A DNA stretch of 64,000 nt. Origin: an uncultured delta proteobacterium. Its GTDB lineage: Bacteria; Desulfobacterota; Binatia; UBA9968. Position 1 is the stretch's first letter. Every line of letters begins with the position of its first letter. Positions 57,501-64,000 of the stretch are shown one piece after another. A model generated the notes under the pieces. It had not been told where the DNA came from, made no database searches, and saw nothing but the letters and a program-made list of their open reading frames with translations. A program made the translations under genes and the position numbers. The DNA lies in the NCBI GenBank assembly GCA_963840855.1, contig CAWJBB010000034.1, positions 64,001-128,000 on the forward strand. The letters are read 5' to 3'.

Positions 57501-58539
57501 TCACCGAATCACCTTATCCGCCCGATACAGCAAGGACTGCGGAATCTCCAGACCGATCTGCTTCGCCGTTTTAAGATTAATTACCAGCTCGAACTTCGTT
57601 GGTTGCTCGACCGGCAGTTCAGCGGGCTTGCCGCCTTTGAGGATTCTATCCACGTAATATGCGACGCGCTGGTAGTTGTTCGCGATGTCCGCCCCGTACG
57701 ACATGAGCCCGCCGGCATCTACAGCAAGTCTCCTGACGTAGATCGACGGTAACCGGCTCTTTAACGCAAAGTCCGCGATCCGGTTTTGGTTAACATTCAT
57801 TAGCCCGCCCCCGGACACATAGAGTCCGTCCGGACGCTCCTTTTTTAGTGCTGCGAATACCTTCTCGAAACCATCCCCGGCTCGTACCTCCCAAGACTGA
57901 GTAGTCAATCCCAGCCCACGCGCCGCGACTGAGAACCTCTTTCACCTCGCGTACACTGCCCTGAAGTGCCGGATCGGAGAGAACCGCGACACGGGCAAGT
58001 TTGGGAACGGCTTCTTTGAGCAGCTCCAGCCGCTTACCGCCTAGTTCTGTGGAAAGGTTTGTCAGGCCGGTGACGTTCCCGCCAGGACGGGCAAGGCTTT
58101 CAACTATGCCTGCTTCGACAGGATCGATCCCTTCGCCCATCATAACGACGGGAATCGTCTTGGTGGCATTCTTGACCGCGCGGATCACCCTGCCCCCTCC
58201 CGCGACCAGGATGATATCAACCTTGAGACGCACCAGCTCGGCCGCAAGCTCAGAGGCCCGATCGACCTTCCCCTGCGTATATTGGTACTCGATCGCGATG
58301 TTCTGTCCTTCTATGTAGCCAAGGTCGCGCAGGGCCAGACGAATTGCCTCAGCACGGGTGGACTCACGAGCTGGATCGGTCGAAGATAGATACCCTATCC
58401 GCGGAACTTTCTTCGACTGCTGCGCCTGGGCGGGCAAGCTAAGCGCAAAGAGCATGGCGCCCAGTAGAATTGCGGATTTGAGATTGCGGAATGCGGATTT
58501 TAGATTGACGTCGAAACAGTCGATACAGACTCGTTCCAT
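57501..58539 (-). CDS. ABC_sub_bind substrate-binding protein, array copy 3 (frameshift near 57930)
   Basis: ORFs 57790..58554 and 57501..57908; same motifs as copy 1; repeat-encoded NLKSAFRNLKSAI in the leader. Confidence 0.82.
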
Positions 58540-58597
58540 TGTTTTTCCCCTCAATCCGAAATCATCTTCCTCACGCCTTTTGCCTCACGGCTCACGC

Positions 58598-58630
58598 CTA
58601 TCGAATCACTCTGTCCACCCGCGCAACCAC
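58598..58630 (-). pseudogene. 3'-terminal remnant of another ABC_sub_bind gene (VVARVDRVIR-stop)
   Basis: Matches the family C-terminus LARADRVIR-stop and is followed by the same GGCGTGA repeat. Confidence 0.55.
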
Positions 58631-58688
58631 GAACTGTGAGCATCGTCTCCGCTTGCCGGAGCTAGGATGGGCCGGTATAATCCGCATT

Positions 58689-58967
58689 ATGGCGTTGCCA
58701 AAAAAAATTCATCCAGTCGAAGAGACGGTTAGAGCCGTGTATGAGAACGGTGTACTGAAACCTCTCCGACCTCTTCGGCTGAAGGAGCAGTCCCGCGTCC
58801 TGATCACGGTTTACCCCGAGCGCCGGTGGCGAAACGAATTTGAACGCGTGTTGGGGAGAATGAAAGCTCGTACTAAAGCGACTCCGCAAAACGCTATTGA
58901 AGCGGAAGTGACTCGAGCGAGAGCCGAGGTCAAGGCCACACGCCGTGCCGCTCGCCGCCCTGCTTGA
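58689..58967 (+). CDS. DUF104/AF2212-like antitoxin
   Basis: TVRAVYENGVLKPLRPLRLKEQSRV motif; overlaps the PIN gene. Confidence 0.82.
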   Translation: MALPKKIHPVEETVRAVYENGVLKPLRPLRLKEQSRVLITVYPERRWRNEFERVLGRMKARTKATPQNAIEAEVTRARAEVKATRRAARRPA

Positions 58968-59397
58968 CACCAACGTCTGGGTTTCCGCCTTCCTCAAGCC
59001 GAATGGACCTCCTGGACAAGTCGTCGCCGCCTGGGGGGATGACGAGTACAGTGTCGTCACGTCGCTCTCACAGCTCAGCGAAATCGCAGAAGTTCTCAGC
59101 AGACCGCGATTGGTCCGACGGTTTCGGTATCCCAACCGGGACGCGGAGGCATTTGTTCGATTGATCGCGGCTCGGGCAACGGTCGTGCAGACATCGGGCG
59201 AACTGCAAATATGCCGCGATCCCGATGACGACCAGATCGTGGAAGCTGCAATCGGTGGCAAAGCGCAATACTTGGTTACCAGAGACGATGATCTTAAACG
59301 CGACCTCGACTTGATCAAAACGGCGCGGCGGAATCGAGTCCGAGTCGTTTCTGTGAGGCAGTTTCTTCGCCGGCTCGCACGCCAAGCAAAGCGGTAA
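58945..59397 (+). CDS. PIN-domain toxin (PIN_3-like)
   Basis: LLDTNVWVSA, EIAEVLSRP, CRDPDDDQIVEAAI, LVTRDDDL. Confidence 0.9.
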   Translation: MPLAALLDTNVWVSAFLKPNGPPGQVVAAWGDDEYSVVTSLSQLSEIAEVLSRPRLVRRFRYPNRDAEAFVRLIAARATVVQTSGELQICRDPDDDQIVEAAIGGKAQYLVTRDDDLKRDLDLIKTARRNRVRVVSVRQFLRRLARQAKR

Positions 59398-59498
59398 CTA
59401 TTCCTTTCGTCAGTTCTCATTTGCTCTTGGCCAAAAGCGGCCCCGCAGCTGCAGACCTAAAGTCTTTTCCTATCGCCTTACGCCTTACCTTTCACCCC

Positions 59499-60476
59499 TC
59501 ACCGAATCACCTTGTCCGCCCTCACCAGCAGGTTGGGTGGAATGGTTAGTCCGATCTGCTTCGCTGCCTTCAAGTTGATTACCAACTCAAACTTCGTTGC
59601 CTGCTGCACCGGCAAATCAGCCGGTTTGGCCCCTTTCAAGATCTTGTCCACGTAAACAGCCGCGCGCCGGAAGAGGTCATCGTAGTCCGCGCCATAGGAC
59701 ATGAGGCCGCCCTCATCGACAAACGCCTTATCGAAATAAATAGCCGGTAGCCGGTATTTGCCGGCAAGCTCGACGATCTGCTTTCGTCCGGCGAAAAAGC
59801 GGCGAGCAGCGGTGGTCATAATCGCGCCCACCTGTTTCTGCTTTGCGGTTTGAAAGGCACTCTCCAAATCTTTGAGGTCGGCTTGAGTCTCGAACTCCTC
59901 CAATTTTAGCTTCAGAGCCACAGCCGCTGGCCTGAGCTCTTTCAGTTGGGGTGATGTGGCGGAGCCTCGCAGAAGCCCGACCCGGGCAAGCTTGGGCACC
60001 GCATCCTTGAGTACCTCTAGCCTTTTGCTGTTTAGCTCGGTCCCTAAACTCGAGAGCCCCGTGACATTGCCTTCCGGCCGAGCCAGACTGGCGATCAAAC
60101 CAGAACCCACGGGATCCGCAGCGTTCGCCATCACAATGGGGATGGCAGCAGTCGCTTTCTTCGTCGCCGACGCCTGCAGATCCCCTGTGGTTACGATCAA
60201 ATCAACCTGGAGACGAACCAAGTCCGCCGCGAGCTCAGGCAGGCGCTCAGTTTTTCCTTCAGCAAATCGGTACTCGAAGACAATGTTTCTTCCCTCAATC
60301 CAGCCAAGTTTGGTCAGCTCTTGCCGGAACACGTCCAACAGGACCGCGATACCGGAAGCCGTACCATTATCCAGGAAACCGATACGAAAGATTTTTCCCG
60401 CCTGCTGCGCGTTGGCGGGAAAGCTATGAGCCAAGAACACAGCAGCAAGAGCAAAACAAAAAACTCTTTTACTCAT
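59499..60476 (-). CDS. ABC_sub_bind substrate-binding protein, array copy 4 (intact)
   Basis: 325 aa, signal peptide, all family motifs. Confidence 0.9.
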   Translation of the reverse strand: MSKRVFCFALAAVFLAHSFPANAQQAGKIFRIGFLDNGTASGIAVLLDVFRQELTKLGWIEGRNIVFEYRFAEGKTERLPELAADLVRLQVDLIVTTGDLQASATKKATAAIPIVMANAADPVGSGLIASLARPEGNVTGLSSLGTELNSKRLEVLKDAVPKLARVGLLRGSATSPQLKELRPAAVALKLKLEEFETQADLKDLESAFQTAKQKQVGAIMTTAARRFFAGRKQIVELAGKYRLPAIYFDKAFVDEGGLMSYGADYDDLFRRAAVYVDKILKGAKPADLPVQQATKFELVINLKAAKQIGLTIPPNLLVRADKVIR

Positions 60477-60503
60477 TTCTCTCTCACGCCTTTCGCCTCA
60501 CGG

Positions 60504-60699
60504 CTAACGAATTACCTTGTCCGCCCTCACCAGCAGGTTGGGTGGAATCGCCAGGCCGATCTGTTTCGCGGTTTACGTTTACGAACAACTCAAACTTCGT
60601 GGGTAATTCTTCCGATCGGAATTCAATGACGATATTCTGGCCCTCAATGTAGCCAAGCTCACACATACCCTGGTCGAAGTGGCCCGTTAGACTTTCCAA
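60504..60699 (-). pseudogene. Internally deleted ABC_sub_bind remnant
   Basis: ELGYIEGQNIVIEFR joined directly to ELPTKFELFVN...PPNLLVRADKVIR-stop. Confidence 0.75.
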
Positions 60700-60957
60700 A
60701 GACAGTGAGCACGAACGGTGCCAAAATCCGTTTGCCGATGCCCGTATCTAGATCATTGAATTCGCATGAAATATTTGCCAATACAAACCTGCCGAGAGAG
60801 CTGAAGCATTACTGGGTGTAGTCGATTTGATACAGGGTGTAGCAAATTTGATTCACCGCAAATAGTTCGGGCGCGGTTCTGAAACGGCCCGTGAGACTTC
60901 AAAAAGGAAGCGCCGTCAGCCGGTATGTGTCCTAGGGGGCCGCTGAAAACTCTCTGC

Positions 60958-61122
60958 GCAGGCTGCTCAAAAAGACCTCAGAGGCGAGGCGCGCGTCCAT
61001 CGTGAACGTGTCCGTGAAACGTGACCGTGAAATCCGGACGAGCACGACCACGAACCACGACCACGAATTCGAGCGAGGCGATTGAGCGCAACGAAGCATA
61101 TGTGTCTTTTTCAGCAGCCTGC
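60958..61122. repeat. MITE-like element with 19-bp terminal inverted repeats and nested hexamer repeats
   Basis: GCAGGCTGCTCAAAAAGAC / GTCTTTTTCAGCAGCCTGC (18 of 19 match); inner CGTGA..CGTG / CACGA..CACG units. Confidence 0.7.
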
Positions 61123-61556
61123 CAGGGTTATCGCATTGTGTCGGAACACGCGTCAATCACTATTTAGCCGCCGGGTTGAGGTTCCCCTTACTCCTCACCT
61201 TTCATGTCTCACCGTTTTGTATCGATTCGCTTGACAGTCTGGTGGTGCTGAAATATCAGTCGAAGTAACTAGTGCGACCATGCGGCAACCGAAAAAATCT
61301 GAATATCTCGCGCAAAGACGCAAAGCATGCCAAGTGACGGGCCTCCGCCCGTCATCCCGAGCGGATGCGAGGGATCTAAGAAAGATTTCTCCCGGAGTTT
61401 ATCCTGAGCTTGCCGAAGGGGTCGAAATGACATTCTTTGCGAGCTTGGCGTCTTGGCGCAAGCATAATCCTAAGCGTCTGTTACTAAAGGGCAAAGACAG
61501 CCAGCAAAATTTGCGCAATCTGCGGAAACCTTGAACTACAGAGAGGAACTCGAACC

Positions 61557-62750
61557 ATGAGCATCAGAGGAAAAACGGCAATCGCCGGCATCGGCGAGAC
61601 GCCCACCGACAGACTTGGCAGCAAACCCGGCGAGCCGCGTAAATCGACGGCGGAATATCTCGCTTGGGCCGCTCGTTTGGCAATGGAAGATGCCGGACTT
61701 CAGAAAAAAGACTTCGAGGGCCAGGGCTTGGCAGCGATCTATACGACCAACCACTCATCGGTGTTTTGGCCTGAAGAGGTGGCGGCTATACTCGGCATCA
61801 CGCCGGGCGTATCGCTGGCCGGCGGCAACGGCGGGGCAAGTTCCGTTTCCTTGCTTGGCCACGCGGCGGCAGCTATCGCCGCCGGTCTTTGCGATCTCGT
61901 GCTGGTCATTGCCGCCGCATCGCCGTTCGGCGAGCGCGGCGGTCACCGCGGCGCCCACGCCGACACCCGCGACTACGAAATGCCCTTCGGCGTAATGGGA
62001 CCCAATTGCAAAATCTCATTCGTCATGAGCCGCTACATGCATGAGTCGGGGATGACCGAGGATCACTTCGGGAAAATCGCGGTAACGGGGCGCTATCACG
62101 CATCGCTCAATCCTAATGCATATCTCAGAAAACCCATCACCATCGAGGATTACAAAAAGTCGCGCTTGATCTCCGATCCGATCCGCCTGTTCGATTGCGT
62201 CATGCCGGCCAACGGTGGCAAGGCATACATCATGACTTCGGCGGAGCGCGCCAAGTCGATGCGCAAGCCGCCGGTTTACTTGCTCGGCTGGGGCGAGTGC
62301 AACAACGCGAGCTACGGCCCGCGTTATCGCGCCAATCCGCTCATCACCGGCATCACAGACGCCGGCAAACGGGCATTTGCCATGTCAGGCGTGGCGCACA
62401 AAGATATTCGCTGTCTCAATCTCTACGATGATTATATTCCCGTCGTAATGATCCAGATCGAAGACCTGGGCTTCTGCGGTCGCAACGACAAAGCGTTCTT
62501 CGAGAAAACCGATTTCACGTTCAAAGGCGACCTGCCGATTCAGACCAGCGGCGGCATGATCAATTGCGGGCAGCCGTCAACCACGGGCGGCATGCTGCAC
62601 GTCATCGAGACCGTCCGGCAGATCCGCGGCGAAGGCGGCGAGCGCCAGGTACCCAATATCAAATTCGGCATCTCCACCGGCGTCGGCGCCGTGAACTACA
62701 GCAAGAATTTCGGCTGCACCGCCGCGGCCATCTTCGGCAGCGAGGCCTGA
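61557..62750 (+). CDS. Thiolase-superfamily protein (SCP-x/Ltp2-like, non-canonical active site)
   Basis: AIAGIGETP, NPNAY, SRLISDPIRLFDC, LYDDY, LPIQTSGG; followed by DUF35. Confidence 0.88.
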   Translation: MSIRGKTAIAGIGETPTDRLGSKPGEPRKSTAEYLAWAARLAMEDAGLQKKDFEGQGLAAIYTTNHSSVFWPEEVAAILGITPGVSLAGGNGGASSVSLLGHAAAAIAAGLCDLVLVIAAASPFGERGGHRGAHADTRDYEMPFGVMGPNCKISFVMSRYMHESGMTEDHFGKIAVTGRYHASLNPNAYLRKPITIEDYKKSRLISDPIRLFDCVMPANGGKAYIMTSAERAKSMRKPPVYLLGWGECNNASYGPRYRANPLITGITDAGKRAFAMSGVAHKDIRCLNLYDDYIPVVMIQIEDLGFCGRNDKAFFEKTDFTFKGDLPIQTSGGMINCGQPSTTGGMLHVIETVRQIRGEGGERQVPNIKFGISTGVGAVNYSKNFGCTAAAIFGSEA

Positions 62751-62798
62751 GTCGTGCTCGTGACTCGTCGCTCGTGCTCGTAGAGAGAAAAGAGATTT

Positions 62799-62908
62799 AA
62801 CCACAAAGGCCACAAGAAGAGGGGACTCACCACGAAGGCACGAAGTTCACGAAGTTTAAGAATATAAATATTCGAACCCTTCGTGCTCTTCGTGATCTTC
62901 GTGGTGAA
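62799..62908. repeat. 9-nt-period palindromic repeat (CACGAAG...CTTCGTG)
   Basis: caccacgaaggcacgaagttcacgaag...cttcgtgctcttcgtgatcttcgtggtg. Confidence 0.8.
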
Positions 62909-62955
62909 AATTTCTTCTTCCAATATCGCTCAGCAACATCGAAAGGTTCATCAAT

Positions 62956-63378
62956 ATGGCAAAACAAGAAATTAAGAAGCCTTTACCCGAAATCACTCCC
63001 GTCAACCAACCGTTCTGGGACGCTGCCAGGGCCGGCAAGCTCATGATGCAAAAGTGCCAGGACTGCGGCACCTGGGTGTTCTGCCCGAGGCCGGTTTGCG
63101 GCGACTGCGCCAGCGAAAAACTGGAATGGGTGCAAGTCGGCGGCAAAGGCAAAATCTTTTGTTTCACCATCATCCGTGAAGTCGTCGGCAACGCACTCCA
63201 AGGTTTCGGACCTGATATTCCCTACGTCACCGCCTGGATCGATCTCGACGATGGTCCAAGACTTTGCAGCAACGTGATCGGTTGTCCCATTGAAAGCGTC
63301 AAGATCGGCATGCCGGTGGAAGTGGTTTTCGAAGATACCGGCGACGGCATCACGCTGCCGAAGTTCAAGCCGCAATAA
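62956..63378 (+). CDS. DUF35 Zn-ribbon/OB-fold protein (ChsH2-like)
   Basis: PFWDAA, CQDCG, PRPVCGDC, IGMPVEVVF, LPKFKP. Confidence 0.92.
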   Translation: MAKQEIKKPLPEITPVNQPFWDAARAGKLMMQKCQDCGTWVFCPRPVCGDCASEKLEWVQVGGKGKIFCFTIIREVVGNALQGFGPDIPYVTAWIDLDDGPRLCSNVIGCPIESVKIGMPVEVVFEDTGDGITLPKFKPQ

Positions 63379-63572
63379 TAGAACTCATTACCAATTCAAT
63401 TTCGCGGCGCTGATAACTCTTGCTGCTTTCCGCTACGGTCGGGCGGCCTTTGGTCAGCACCTCGGGATGACGGGTGGAGGCCCGTCACTTGGCGCGCTTT
63501 GCGCCTTTGCGTGAGTCATCAGGTGCGGTTGTGAGTCTTGGTGACGACTAAATTGGACGAGAGTGCCGGCTC

Positions 63573-63770
63573 ATGAAGCTTTATATACGCGTCACCGCGC
63601 TGGCATTGGGCGCGCTGTTCCTGGCCGCTGCGGCGGCAGCCGGGGTCGAACTCTGGCGCGAAGGCGATTTGCTTGCCAATCCGAAACTCAAACCCGCCGC
63701 CGCGTGGCTGATGAGCGGCGCGCTGTTTTTGGGTATCGGACTTAAGGGACTCCGGCGCCGGCGCCCCTGA
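63573..63770 (+). CDS. Small two-TM hypothetical membrane protein
   Basis: 65 aa, two hydrophobic segments and a basic C-terminus. Confidence 0.45.
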   Translation: MKLYIRVTALALGALFLAAAAAAGVELWREGDLLANPKLKPAAAWLMSGALFLGIGLKGLRRRRP

Positions 63771-63800
63771 TCCACAGCATTCAAGTCGCGATGCAGTGTT

Positions 63801-64000
63801 TTACTTTAGCGCCTTACGCAAAATACGGATGGCGGTGGCCGCGTCCGAGGCGTTATCGAAAGCAAAATATGTCACCGCACGCCGTCCAACCGCGGCACCG
63901 GAGATGCCGCGCAGATTAATTCCTTCATCGGCCAGCGCGCGGGTCATTGTGATACCCAACCCGGCCCGGTCAGGACCTTCCACCCGCACCGAATGGATGT
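63801..64000 (-). CDS. 3' end of an ACT-domain-containing protein (partial)
   Basis: VRVEGPDRAGLG...ALADEGINLRGISGAAVG...YFAFD; runs off the right edge. Confidence 0.7.
   Translation of the reverse strand, partial: IHSVRVEGPDRAGLGITMTRALADEGINLRGISGAAVGRRAVTYFAFDNASDAATAIRILRKALK

Noticed and set aside
54755-60699. Diversity-generating retroelement acting on the paralogs
   Set aside because: No reverse transcriptase in the window and differences between copies are not adenine-specific.
60932-61534. Small ORFs 60932..61156 and 61280..61534 (also 52029-52288, 18972..19211)
   Set aside because: They are translations of palindromic repeat elements.
5833-62908. CRISPR array among the periodic repeats
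   Set aside because: Units are 6-9 nt, degenerate and lack unique spacers; no cas genes.
1-64000. rRNA, tRNA, integrase or transposase genes
   Set aside because: None recognised by eye; tRNAscan-SE, barrnap and ISEScan would be needed to exclude them formally.

Overview
GC-rich bacterial chromosomal window dominated by catabolic and transport genes: two xanthine-dehydrogenase-family Mo enzymes, two TPP enzymes, three luciferase-like monooxygenases, a UbiD decarboxylase, a hydantoinase/acetone-carboxylase-like pair, a thiolase/DUF35 pair, TTT, TAXI-TRAP and ABC transporters, and many orphan solute-binding proteins. Gene content and repeat style suggest a Binatia-like (Desulfobacterota_B) metagenome-assembled genome (inference only). 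About ten genes carry single-base frameshifts, mostly in homopolymers, most likely long-read errors. No rRNA, tRNA, CRISPR array, integrase or transposase was recognised. Highlights: (1) an AT-richer accessory patch (about 19.2-23.3 kb) holding a clear integron gene cassette with a canonical attC, encoding an RxxxxH HEPN protein directly behind a TIR-domain protein, with no integrase nearby; (2) a tandem array of paralogous ABC_sub_bind (COG2984) genes, most ending in a 7-nt periodic repeat and interleaved with antisense toxin-antitoxin-like modules; (3) a GntR-centred divergon for a probable N-heterocycle catabolic pathway including a HyuB/AcxB-AcxC fusion; (4) many short-period palindromic repeats in intergenic spaces, some translated as protein termini; (5) a guanidine-II riboswitch ahead of gdx/sugE.
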